64,000 nt of DNA from Paraphysomonas bandaiensis. Taxonomy: Eukaryota > Protista > Chrysophyceae. The notes under the pieces were generated by a model, which saw only the letters and a program-made list of their open reading frames with translations, searched no databases and had not been told where the DNA came from. The stretch's first letter is position 1; the number at the start of each line of letters is the position of its first letter. The translations under genes and the position numbers were made by a program. The stretch is taken from positions 248,001 through 312,000 of the forward strand of contig CBFFRP010000141.1 of assembly GCA_965644295.1 (NCBI GenBank). The letters are read 5' to 3'. This document shows positions 39,488 to 52,655 of this stretch, piece by piece.

Positions 39488-40782
39488 TGTCAAGGAGTGT
39501 AGGAAAATAGGAGGCACGATGCTCACATGTCTACGTGGGGTAGAATGCGGATCTTTGCTGTGTGTTGAGTGTTGCCGCGTGTCTCTGATGTATTGGGGGA
39601 GTTTCCGCCTTTTTGATCTGGTTTGTGTTGGAACTGTTGATTGAAGGTTAGGAGGTGCGTTGCGACTAGAGCGCAGGGGAATACGATACCAGAGCTGACA
39701 AAATGAGTCTTCTAGCCCCACTTCGAGGAGTTTCAAGATGCGTGGTCGTTTGATGAGTGTTTCCTACTACGTATCCGTGGGGAGAGTCGAGATACCTGTA
39801 CAGAGGTGGAATAGTACCTGTGACTTTGGCCACTGCGAATAGGGGTTGTAAAGTTTTGATGACAGCGGAATCGAAGGTGTAGGGCTCGGGAGAGGATTAG
39901 GAGCGGTGTGTCTGGCGGGGCTAGTTGGTCCTTTCGGATATAATATCCTACCAGAAGAAGCGCCGGATCCCATACTGACCAGGATATTGCTCGAATGACT
40001 CAGGTGATCCAAGTTAGTAACTGTGGGTCTCGTTTGAGATCTTGGACATCTTCTCTATGATGTCGGAAGGATGACTCCTGTATTAGGCAGATCTGTTGAT
40101 TCCAACAATTGAGGCGCATATGTACTTAATGTAATCAATGGGATGATCACATATCTTACGATCTTACTTCGTCACTGCAACTTGCATCGTCACTATAATC
40201 CGTTTAACCACTATATACTTATCGTCATTCATTCTCACAGTACGATTAATAAGACTACAATTGTATACTACAGTAATTTAAATACCTTATAACTACAGCT
40301 TTTACTTGCTCTCATATAGCAGAATTCAACATCACAATCAGAACTTGCAGCTTTTCTTGAGATCGAGGCCCAGATTAGTTTGGCCACAATAGCGACCAAT
40401 TCTGTATGATTTGTCCCGCTTAAGAGTGGCATTGAATATTCATTGTCGAAGGTGTAGGCTGGTACTTGCCAAAGTGTACACAGAGCAGTCTCAGAGCGGT
40501 ACACAGCAAGGTTACACTTTAGAAATTCAAGGAATACAGAATTATTGAGATGAGAGTGCTTTAGAATACTAAAATACATATTCGTGATTAAATTCAACTT
40601 TAGCTATAATCATTTATCATTAACATACAGAACTGTTCAATATTATCCAAGTAACACGATCAGCTGATTATTATAATATAGAATTATTGCATTACAATAA
40701 AAACTACGACAACTTATCAGAAACCATCCACAGAGATTCACTGATATGGGAATGAGGTCAGGAAACATTTACAGCGCTTGTA

Positions 40783-43700
40783 TCATATTTTCGTCGAAAG
40801 CGAAAGTGTAAGAACAGGGGGGCTTCGTCGCTTATCTTCCTCTGCTTGTGCTCGAAGAATTTCCTTCGATGTACCTGCCTTCTTCGAACAATCGAGAAAA
40901 TGCTGTTCCACTGGCAAATCGCCTGTAATCTTCAATTCATTGAGTGCAATTGTAACAGAGCCAACTTTTATGTCCATTCGAAATCTCACTTTGTAGTATA
41001 CATTTGCCACCAGTGAAGAACCTTCGATCATGCTTTCTTCAACGGGAATGCTGACAGGGGAATTTCCCCAGACAGGATTCAGTGTGTTTGTTTTTACATC
41101 AGTGTAGCACTTTTTCCCTTGAATTGAAAACTCAATATAGACATCAGTTTTTGCAAATCTGTCTAAGCAGTACAAATTTGAAACGCTAATATTCGAAATT
41201 TCAATTATGTTCATTTTAGGCACAGATGTGTGATTTTCAGAGAACATTTCACTGTCACTGATGGAAGATGTTGCACGGATTGGAGCACTTTGATTTACAT
41301 CATTAGCTGCAGTGTCTTTGTGGCCAAATATATACGAAGCTATACTTGACCTTCGAGAAGACTGTTGTACCTCTTTAGCAGCCGCTATGACCTTGTCTTG
41401 CATGAGTTTCTCTTTTTGAATTTTACGTTTCTCTGCCACAGCCAACTCCTTTTCCTTTTTACACCGATACACTGCAGATCCAATCAGATATTTTTCCAAG
41501 CGAAGATTTATTTGAAAAACTACATACTCAGGTGGAGGGTCCACGAGCAAACTTGTGGGGAGGCTGTTTCCATTTCCATGCTTTTTTATCATATCGTCCA
41601 ATTGGGACATAAGTGCAGAGGTAAGTGAATCGGTCTGCGCCAAATTAAACTCTTCTGAACTAGAACTACGCCCACCTCGCAATTTAAAGACAGCCTTCAC
41701 TAAATTTTTCAACGCATTCGCTTTAAAATGTTCTGTGTTGGCCTGGTCGACAACTAAACACACCGTTCTCGTGAAAGGAACAGACCCAATGGGTTCGGTC
41801 AAAAGCACGGATATATCTGTAAAAATTTGAAGTAGCTGTTCGATTCGAGCAACACCGCCAAACATAAGTCCTTTACTTGAACCGGTCCGAGATTTATCAC
41901 TGATTCGATTTATAACACCACTGAAAAACTCTCGTATAGAATTACAATCATCACGAATAATTGACACATCATCATCCCTGAAAACTATTCCGTGATTACT
42001 GGCTTCATTGAACATATTCAGGTACCACACTGTAACTTTGCGTAGGCATATTTCAATGACCTTTTCGAAGCATGGACACTCAAGCGTGGAAATAAAGTCA
42101 TTAATATAACTATTCAATTCCGCAAGAAGTCTTTTCACAAGTTGAGGAGATTGGCCAGTGCTGTGTGTCCACGAGTCATATATCCGTGTGGTCGGCAAGA
42201 AAACATCAAATGACTTGAACATTATACATGTGAGAAAGTCCATTGCAACAGAGACATTAGCTGATAAGAGTTTCGTTAATTGATACATTGACTGTCCCAT
42301 AACGCTAGCACTTTCGGGGCTCATGGCAAAGAGTTCACGATTGTACTCGTCGCCTTCAACTTCATAACCGCTCTCAACGCAAGCTTTAATATACTTGTTC
42401 AATATCTGATGTGAATCGTTAGCAATACTTGATAGCCACTTGACATGCATTCCCACAGCCTGGAATTCCATTTCGTCGTCAAAAGTCACTCCTGGAGTTG
42501 GAACCGGAGTGGTCCAATCGTGATTATACAGAACTTCGCTGTATCGGGACTCCAGCGCAACAAAGCCTGGTTAAGAGCAACCAAGTTAGTATTGAAGTAT
42601 AAGTGTAAATGACACTCACAGTCAACGTAAATAATTCGTATACGCTCGTCCAGGAAATGAAGAAATTCCTGTACGGCCTTCGAAAGTAACTCCTTTCGCA
42701 TACGAACAAGTGACAAATAGTGATTCACTATACCAACAATATCGGATGGAATATTTGATATAAAGTGCTCGCCATCACTTACAACCAGCCATGGAAGTTT
42801 ATAGAAAGACAGTCCATCAACCTGAGCCGTTCTGTTGGCCTAAACGGTACTCAGAATAGAAACAACTGAATCGAATATATAACCGCACCTCAAATGTGTT
42901 ATGTACATACTTTTTCATTTCATCAACAAGCACTTCAGTGTACCAAAAAATCATAGTTTTGATATTTAAAGACAGCGAAAGAAGAGGCTCCGGATCCACC
43001 TCGATATTAATCAACCGTAGCGAGCTCTTAACTATTGTGCTGAGGTGAGCATCGTTTTGCAGAAAAAATTGAATGAGCTGGATCTTACTCTCGTTCCCCT
43101 AAAACAAGAGCGCCTGAGTAACATATATGCATACGTGGCTACAGTACCTTCATCGACAGTAATTTCTCTTTCGAATCAAAAAATCTTCCAAGTGCTCCTA
43201 CAATAAGAATATAGTACCCGTTTATTATGACACCCAAACACTCTTCCAAAACTTTTCCTTGATGAGACCATCCACAGAGAGCAGTATCTCGTATTCGCAT
43301 TTCTGCCGTATCTAATAGAAAACTAACAATTTGTTTGGCAGAATATACAACATCATCTTGCTCAGCGGAGTGCAAATAAATTCTCTCTGCCTCTATCTTA
43401 TCTCTGGCTATCATTTTTCGAACCTCATCTACTTCGTAGCTCGGTCCCATTAATCCAGCGCCAAGCAAAACAGCTATATACAGCTTGATGCGGTAGTTCA
43501 ATCGACGTAGGTGCTCAATTTCGCTACTTAGCCACTTCGCTTGCACTACATCATACTCCTTCGCTTCCATATACTTTTCAAGCCTCACAATCTCATTTTC
43601 ATTTTCTGTCACTTCCGTATCAAGGAAGAGAATAGTAGATGATCCTAGTGATAACTCCTTCGTTGTTGGGAGAGCAGATGCATCAGTGTCATCCACGTAT

Positions 43701-46700
43701 GATGTGTGATTTGGGTCTCCCGTCATACTTCCTGATGACGTAAGAAGTGCTACATTCTCCCTGAATGACTTCAAATGTAACCGGTCTCTAACTAGCAGAC
43801 ATAATTTTTCAGCCGGGCAATCAACAACGAATATTTCTACTTCAGCAGGCCTATAAATTTCGTTGCCGCTACTTTCACCGAAATATCTGTGTACTGTAGC
43901 AATCACAGACAATACAGATGGTGTGACAACATCTACTCTAAGGACCTGATTCCATGGAATTATAACGGGGGAATCCAACGTGTCCCGTTCTCTACAAAGT
44001 GTAACAACTAATTCTTTGAAATCATGATACACATCGAGCTTAGTTTTGTAACGCTTATTTCCACTTGTAAAATCGAAATGCCCAAAAAAACCATTATTCT
44101 TGGGCGCATCGGATGCTTCTGATAAAGGAATAGCCGATATTACTTTCGAGAATTTCTGGGCACGGCGTACCCACTTTCTTCTCCTAACTGACCTCCCTGA
44201 GCTGCTTGATGTTGACTTACCCTTCTTGAGGTTACTCATTATCCAATTGAAGTCAATGCCATATACCCAGCCGAATTCGTCCGTGTTGGTGTATGTCGTA
44301 TCGATAGTCCATTCATAATCCGGTACCCACTTGTAACCTGGAGGAGGCTCGGCAGTGTTCAACGAGTGATAATTGTAAGAGATTTCTCCTGTTTCGTCAG
44401 TAAACGGTCCTCGCTCAACACCACTAAAAAGATAGTTCTTCCCCCAATCCATCATGATAGACCGTCTTTGATTCTCAAAAACTTCAATCAAAGTGTACTC
44501 ATCAGTAGGTGGCTCAACCTCATCACGATCCTGTTCTTGCGAAGAAACCACAGAACTCTTCCGTAGGGAGAGAGAATCTTCCACAGAAACAGTTCTAGTA
44601 CAGACTCTCTTGAACCGTCGGCGCCTAACCGAGCGCATTATTGCATTTGTACTCGATTCTCCTTTTCTGTAATTGCTCATTATCCATCCAAAATCAATAC
44701 CATAACACCAGCCGTCGGCATCGACATTGGTGTATTCTCTATCGATAACCCATGAATTGCAACTATCCCCTTCCCAAGTATAACCTTCAGGAGGGCGAAG
44801 ACTGTCGTTAAATGGAGAAAATGGGCATACAACAGTCCCTGATTCATCTGTAAATTCCCGGCGCTCTTGCTTCAATAAATAGCTGCCACCCCATTCTAGG
44901 TTCAACGAGCGCCGCTGGTTTTGAAATACGTGATATTCAATGCGATCTTGAACTATAGGTGGAGTTCCGTCGAACCCAGCAGGAGTCACCGTCTTAGACT
45001 TTCTTTGAAAATGATGAAGCAGCATAGACGCCTTTTTCCCCTCATCACCTGCGGTGTCTCCCTGATAACTACGCGACTGAAGTACGAGTCCATCAAATCC
45101 AGGGGAAAAAATAAATTGTTCTACGCTGTTATTTACATCACTCTCTGTTTTTGACATATGAAATGAGGTAACGCAATCACAAAACCAGTATGTTGTGTGC
45201 TCATTTGATGGAACCAATTGCGATCTTAGAGTTATTTCAGGGGCACAGATGCTCTTCGTTCCCATAAATTCACACTCTCGCATCATAAGTTGCAGCCGCA
45301 CTTCTATGAAGCCCAGACCATTGTGATATAAGGAAGCCGATGGCGACATACCTTCTACTGGCTCCACAGGATACCTCTTCTTCATTAGAGAGCCTAATAT
45401 AATATGAGTTAACGTATCATATAAGGTTAAAATGGGAGATACTCACCACTAAGTGCTGCTTTGGTATAAAATTCTTCTTTGGGTATATACACTATGGAAA
45501 GTTTGTGATATTAGTAATTCATATCAAAAACTTAATTATACGCTCACCTGCACCCATCAAATGATCTCGACCACTACGTGAATCATCAGTTACTACAAGT
45601 TTAATAAACTTTGCTGTATGCAGCCCATCGTTAGCAGTTAAAAAAAAGCACTCATTCCATTCTGGGCACAAGGACTTCTGTATAACACGGGACCTACCAA
45701 AACTAAGACAAATATTCTTTGTATACAAAAAAGTACCTATACGACTTGTAGCTAGACCTCCTCGACCCGTCCCAGTCGGCAAAAGAGCACGTCACTTTCG
45801 TATTTCTATCATTAGATGACGATTGGCTTTTCGTTATTCCCACGGCTGATGTTGCGATGGTCGACAAACTGACAAGTGAATCCAAAGGGTGAGTTAGAAT
45901 AGTATTAATTGTATTAGATCCTGGGGGTGGAAGGAGATCGACACCCTTTAACACCTCGACTCGATATGCAATTTCATTATCCATTACCACTGTGGTTTCT
46001 ATCACATCAGAGGCAGTTCCACCTTTGGTATCTACGCTGTAATCGCAAACACTCTCCAATGCACCCGGTGGTATGAGATCCTTGTAATATACAAACTTCG
46101 AACCGATAATGCTTTCTTCCCCACCACTCTCACTCAACAAGTGCAATGTTAATCCAGTTGCCTGCTCTTCGTCGACATTATTCCAAGCCAAAATTTCACG
46201 CTCGCTAATATTAACGATACAGGGCTTGTCCCAGTAGGGAGCAATTCCACTCACCGGACGAGTGGTCACCGCCGTACAGCTTGGAGAATTCAGAACACTG
46301 TATATTCCGACTTCATCCTGTCCACTCATTCCAAGGGTAGCCACCGTAACAATACCCTCAGCAGCAGTGGAGGCAATACCAGCAGTCCCTTTTACCAACA
46401 AGTTGGTACCATCCACTGTTCCTTTAACAGCAGTCTTCACTATCATTGACGCTCCTTTAACTACAAACTTCCCCGGGTACCACGATCCACCACCGCTTGT
46501 CTGTTTCACACCTGACTCAATAGTTTCCTGTGACAAAGACGCCTTCTTGTTCCTCTTGACGGCCTCTGCTATAGTATTTACAGATAGTTTTCCAGATAAG
46601 ATATCTACTTTAAGGTCGTAAGGCAAATGCTCCGAATAATCCATACTCACGGTGATGGCATCCATTTTATGTAAATTCAACGAAACAGGTGCCGAACCAG

Positions 46701-47932
46701 ACTTCAATTCTTGGCATTCCAGATGCATGCTTTCGGCTCTAAGAACACATGCACAGTCATATAACTGTCCCTCTATCTGTACACTCAAATTTCCTCTGAA
46801 CTCCGGCTCACACTCAACAATTTCAGGGACATGGTGGGATCGATGCACCCGACCGATACCAACACTACTGTCTCCCGCTCCGTTTCCACTTTCCTGTTCT
46901 CGACGCAAATGTAATGCTACGAAGCTTCTCCTGAATGCTCGCACCCACGCCCACATCATGAATTTGTTCGGAGCCACCAGAGTGTACATATGCTGGCGTG
47001 TACGCACGAGGATAGAATTCCGACGCTGGGGTGGAACAAGCCGAGTGGTGTTATTCATTAGGTCGATTTGTACAGAGCGGACGAATTCTGGTTCACTTCC
47101 TGCTCTGTGGGGCTTTACATGATTCAGGCGGGAGCGCAAAGCCGTGCTGTCACTGTCGTTTCCTATATTTTGCGATTCCGATTGAGTCACGACTGCGAGG
47201 GCTGCCGGCGACAAAAGATTTACATCATATAGCATATCACGAAAGAGAGACCAGTTTAGATCCTTTGTGCAGAGAATACCAGACTCTTTGAATGCATCTT
47301 GTATCGTTACTGCGGTCATACTATCCGCAAACTCTTCATCGGCAAGACGTTGTACAGAGGGTAGAACTTGCTTCGTCAAATCACAGTCAACCGTTTTAAC
47401 AGAAATAAGGGTATCCCGACTCTACAATAGTGTTGTCAGAGGTAATAAAATTGCGTATAAACATGCTACCGTGATAAGGATCGTGTAACTAACAGATCCT
47501 CGAGGCTCTATTTTCGATGAACCTTTCTCAAGGGCTGTCTCATGAGTCGACTCCACTCCAGTAGGTATATCTTGTAAACTAATTTCAAATCGACCAAGCA
47601 TTTTATGTGAGCCAACATCATCATGGTCCCAAATTTCGAAGAGTACTCCCCCTGTAAGGTGAAGTAGTGGTGTTTCAAAAGTTTCGTTCCATTTAGGAGA
47701 TAGTGACCATCTCACAACAGATGTGCGACCAAGTATAGTATTACCTACTTTTAATACAACATATGGATCACTTGTTCTAACATCTCCAACAGGCAGCTGA
47801 TCGATATATTACTATATAACTAAAGTCATGTATACTACTTACATTTTTACCCTTCACAACTGTTACTCGTAGTTGGAATGGTTGATATTGAGCCTGGGCA
47901 GTTGTTAGAGACAGATAATCCGGTGAATTCAT
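40783..47932 (-). CDS. Giant (about 2,200 aa) protein: C2, PH-like, two further C2, 2x DysF, Sec6/CATCHR-like helical region, C-terminal C2; multi-exon
   Basis: ATG at 47932 (MNSPDY..LRVTVVKGKN|LPVGDVRTSDPYV..SPKWNETF..EIWDHDDVG). PH-like YTLVAPNKFMMWAWVRAF; DysF motifs VFQNQRR..PPEGYTW..DADGWCYG..VRRRRFKR and VFENQRR..PPPGYKW..DEFGWVYG..VRRRKWVR; terminal C2 DVYIEF..TNTLNPVW. Eight GT-AG introns join all ORFs in frame. Confidence 0.8.
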
Positions 47933-49054
47933 ATTCTCATGCAGTTTATAGTGTAATACGATCTATCTAGAGTATAAGTAGATCATATATATGTATGTAT
48001 GTATTGCAATTATCTGATGGATGATCATATTCAAGATTCTGATGTATATATTCGCATACTCATCATTCACTTTATTTTTTCTACTTCCTTCAGAAACTTA
48101 TAAAGGCATGAAAACCATGTATTTTATAGATATTTTTCTAAAAAATACATATATTTTGACATGGAAAATTGTGGTGTATATGAGCGAGACTGCTGATTGG
48201 CTAATGGTCGATATACAGTGTTTTTGTATGTGATCATCAGGACCATGTCTGGGTAGTATCTTACCACAGCCTGGTGGTCCATAGCTGACTGTGATGTTAC
48301 CTAGCTGACGGGTGTGTATGTTAATGACCTATTGAAAACACTGTATGACTGTGATGACTGCATCCGACTCACTGTTTATATACGGAGAGTGCCAGTTGAA
48401 TAGGAGGGATAGTATCTTCACCAAAACTAAAGTCTATTAAATAGCAGATAACTAAAAGTGAACTTGTTTGTTTCTTATGTTGCCTAAGTGACTGTCATCA
48501 ACCAAGTTTCTTTCTCTTTCTACGTAAGATGAATAGGAGAGTGTGCTATAAGCTATGAGGGCGACGTGGTATCCTCTTTGTGCATGACAAGTCTATTTTA
48601 ACATCTGAGTGTAATATATATTCTACGTTTCTGTAAATTATAATATTTTTATCAACATCAAATAAAGTTCAACGAAATATAGTTAGACATGTGCATTTTC
48701 CAGCTAGGTGTAAACTAATTTAATTTATGCATATAGTAAGTCTGCTATATATTATATTATGAACTTGACCAAGTCAATGACACTAACAATGTCAGGTAAC
48801 AGTCGCAGATATTTATTGTGATGGAAGCGGCCATACAGAAAATTTTATATGTACAGCAATAGATAATGCTTATCTAAGTCTATATGATTCACCTTATTGA
48901 TATTATACAATTTACGTCGAATAATGTATATAGTAGACACAAAGTGTGATAGGGTATTTTCTCGTAAGGGTATGCGATTGCTTCTGAATGTTTGCAGAAG
49001 ATTTAATACGCTCTCTGACAAGTCACACGGTATTCGCTATACACAGATTTATTA

Positions 49055-50281
49055 TTAATGCATCTTACTATCACCACTACACGAATCTAATATAGCGGAC
49101 TCTAAAAACTCTACAACAGCTTCTTCATTTTGTAGCTTGTTCGCATTGTTGCACGCGGCACCACCATCACTTTTTCGAGATATATTAAAAGATGAAAGAT
49201 CGGGATGAAACTCCGGTGCATCCAAAAGAAATGAATGTCTCATTGCCTGTAATAATATATATAGATAAGCATAGGAATTGCATCTGTCATTCCTGCAAAG
49301 TACGAACCTCTGTGGCAGTCAGTCTTGTAGAAGGATTTAACTGAAGAAGGGAACTCAAGAAGTCCAGACTTGGTCTAGACGCGTGTGGCACCAGTAATGT
49401 CAAATCTACCGGCTCCATATCTGGAAAGGACACCTTCGAGTAATCTGGAAGATTTACAACTTCCTGCATTCGGCATGGATTGGTTACATACGCTTAAAAA
49501 TTCTAGACTACCTACCGGCCACGTCGCAGGATTCGGAGTACCCATTACCTGGAATACGCGGTAAAGCTGATCAATGTCATTGTTACCAGGAAACAATGGA
49601 GAGAGCATCATTAATTCTGCAACGATGGCACCAACGGACCATATGTCGACAGCCTTCGTGTAGTGCCTCGCTCCGAAGAGCAATTCTGGCGGTCGGTACC
49701 ATCGTGTTGCGACCTGATGACTCATCGATTGGTCCGAAGAACTCACAAGTACACGCGATAATCCAAAATCAGCTAGCCTAACAGCACCACTGGCAGATAA
49801 CAATATATTCGAAGGCTTTATATCCCGATGTAAAATGTTAAGTGCGTGACAATGGGAAAGGCCAGAAAGAATCTGAAAACTATAAAATTTGATTAAGTCA
49901 TCGGAGAAGAAATTATGAGCATTCACGATCTCTTGCTGCAAGTCTGATTCCATATAGTCGAATGCGAGTACGAGTGATGCATCTTTTGGATAGACTTTAA
50001 GGAGAGGTATAACATACGGACTGTTCAACTGTTTAAGAGATTCAATTTCGCGAAACACTGCCTTTGGAATACCACCTGTCCCACTGCGAGTAGATATCAG
50101 GCTAACATGTTTCAAGGCAACCTTTTTTCCAGTAACAGTATCAATGCCAAGGCGAACATCACCATATGCACCTACATAGAGTCTTATACCATCTATATGT
50201 AATGAAACAAGTATACAAACCTTCACCAATCTTTTTTAATGATCTAAATCTTTCTTTACTCTCTTCAATAACAGAATCCAT
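49055..50281 (-). CDS. Cyclin-dependent kinase-like protein, CDK20/CCRK-like, 4 exons
   Basis: IGEG|AYGDV, VALKHV, PKAVFRE in place of PSTAIRE, HRDIKPSN, DFGLSR, MSHQVATRWYRPPELLFGARHY (SHQVATRWYR is CDK20-like). Confidence 0.85.
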
Positions 50282-50624
50282 GTAAGGTTTAGATCAGAAG
50301 ATTATGTGTAATATATACTTGGTGTCTTAACCTCAGCTGATAGTATTAATATACTGGGACTGATAGGACTCTGTATATTGTACAAGATAGTTGTAAAAAA
50401 GACCATATTTTTAAGATAGTAATGCAATAAAATTGGAATTATATCTAAAAACTAAGTATATTTCACACTATACTGCTACATATACCGAGTATAATGCATA
50501 TGCGTACAATACAGCAGAGTATAGACCATCATATAGAGCAAAGCCAACACACTATTGTCAAGTCAACCATACTGGCAATTGCCATTATTATTCTGTCTTT
50601 ATTCATTATCTTTTGCATAATATA

Positions 50625-51800
50625 ATGTCTTCATACATTTCTATTGCATCTGGTATAGTCTCTAAGATATCTCCTTCCAAGAAACCTGACTGGGCATGGT
50701 GCTATTGCTTCTTTCCTGCATTAGTTGTATATTTTGCATTGTTAATGAGTCATATTAACACCAAACCTACAACGGGATATATTGAGATACTTGATAGTGA
50801 TATGCATAAAATCATATCACCATCAGCTAATATCGAGATTATTGCAACCGGAATGAATTGGACTGAAGGACCTTTATGGATTGACGATGAGACTCTCTCC
50901 TCTAGTTATCTCTTGTTTTCAGACACAATAACTAACAGAGTTTGGAAATGGGAGGAAGGCAAGGGCTTCTTCACAATTGGTAAAACTTTGTATATGGAGC
51001 ATAGTGGTTGCAAACTGGACAACCCGTGGTGTACTAATATTAAGGAGCCTGGATCTAATGGGCTGATATCACTTCTCGGGTCTAAGACGGATGATATCAT
51101 TTTGTGTGAACACGGAGAGCGGTCAGTATCATTAGTATATGCAAATGGAAGTCGCGTTGTACTTGCCTCCCACTACGAAAAAAAACGGCTTAACTCTCCA
51201 AACGATGTGGTGTGGTCTCCCGAGCAGAACTTATATTTTACCGACCCCCCATTCGGCTTGTATGATAAGTCTGGGAAGATAATTCAGGATCAACAGCAAA
51301 ATCGCAACGGCGTGTATATGATTCCCCGACAACAGGTACATTATGCTCTGCAGAGCGGAGGAACGTCAGCTGACTTGGTCCTTCTGGATGACACAATGAC
51401 ACGCCCCAATGGCATTGCTTTTTCGCCAGACTTCTCCAAACTGTTTGTATCAAATTGTGACCACACAGCGGCGTATTGGAAGGTATTTGACGTGAAGTCG
51501 GATGGTACTTTGGGGGATGGAAAGGTTTTCTTCGATGCAACAGAGTTGCGTGCTGTAGATCCTCTACAAAACAATCCTGATGGGTTTAAGTTAGACATTA
51601 ATGGTAATGTTTTTGCCACTGGTCCTGGTGGTGTATTAGTTATGTCCTCTGGTGGGAAGTTGTTAGGTAGACTTCATCTAGATAGAAAAGCGTCAAATGT
51701 TGCATTTGGTAGTGATGGATATCTCTATATTACGGCCACAGATGCTGTGATGCGAGTCAAAGTACAAACACGTCCAGCGAAAGCTTACATGCTGCGGTAA
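50625..51800 (+). CDS. SMP-30/gluconolactonase family protein with N-terminal membrane anchor
   Basis: WTEGPLW, LLFSD, PGSNG, RLNSPNDVV, LYFTDPPFG, RPNGIAFSPD, PDGFKLDINGNVFATGPGG, SNVAFG; first plausible ATG at 50625. Confidence 0.9.
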   Translation: MSSYISIASGIVSKISPSKKPDWAWCYCFFPALVVYFALLMSHINTKPTTGYIEILDSDMHKIISPSANIEIIATGMNWTEGPLWIDDETLSSSYLLFSDTITNRVWKWEEGKGFFTIGKTLYMEHSGCKLDNPWCTNIKEPGSNGLISLLGSKTDDIILCEHGERSVSLVYANGSRVVLASHYEKKRLNSPNDVVWSPEQNLYFTDPPFGLYDKSGKIIQDQQQNRNGVYMIPRQQVHYALQSGGTSADLVLLDDTMTRPNGIAFSPDFSKLFVSNCDHTAAYWKVFDVKSDGTLGDGKVFFDATELRAVDPLQNNPDGFKLDINGNVFATGPGGVLVMSSGGKLLGRLHLDRKASNVAFGSDGYLYITATDAVMRVKVQTRPAKAYMLR

Positions 51801-52655
51801 TTGGAAGTCGTGGTGTAAGTAATAACGCTATTTATTATTATTGAGAACGTGTAGCTATTCTTCTATATACTTGTTTAAATACAATCCTATTAGAATTGGA
51901 CATTACACTGAAGTTGACCTTGCTCTTCAAGTAAACCTTACACTTGATTTGCTCATGCAACGCACTTTCAAGAAATATTATACTTATCAACCTTAACACT
52001 TCACAACATAATCATGCCACACGTTCTGAACATCTGCTCTCAGAAACAGCTGTTTATCATTCGTTCACCAGTCAATCCTATATCTTATATAGTCATATAA
52101 TCATATATCATTAACTGAATTGACTTTCTTTGAAACTATGTTCACCCCGTTCCAACATGAGTTGAATTCACTTTTGAACTCTATTTGCACTATATATATC
52201 GTATCATACAGCAACACCTAACATACAAGAAGCGCAGTTTGTTGTTGTCACTGCGACAATGACACGAAATATTGCTTTTGCTTGATGTAATACAACGTGG
52301 AAATCGAGGAGTAAAGGCTATTTATCGTTTCCAACTTCTAACCATACACCAAATTGAATAAACACAGGAGAAATGCAGACACACAAACTGGATAACTGCA
52401 CAGAGCATCTGCTAAAACAAAATTGTAAAGTTGACAATAAAATATAAAATGTATTAACTTTCATAACGCCAAACAAAAAGAACCGCAGAATAGTGGTGCT
52501 ATATCTACATCTCTACATCTATATTCATTTCTCCTATGTTTAATCGATCGTACAAATACCTATATTTACTACGAGCAAACATAACTTATGACACCTCACA
52601 AATGACATGCCAGACTTCAAAAATTGCGTAGCTTAAAGCACGCATCGCACTAAAA

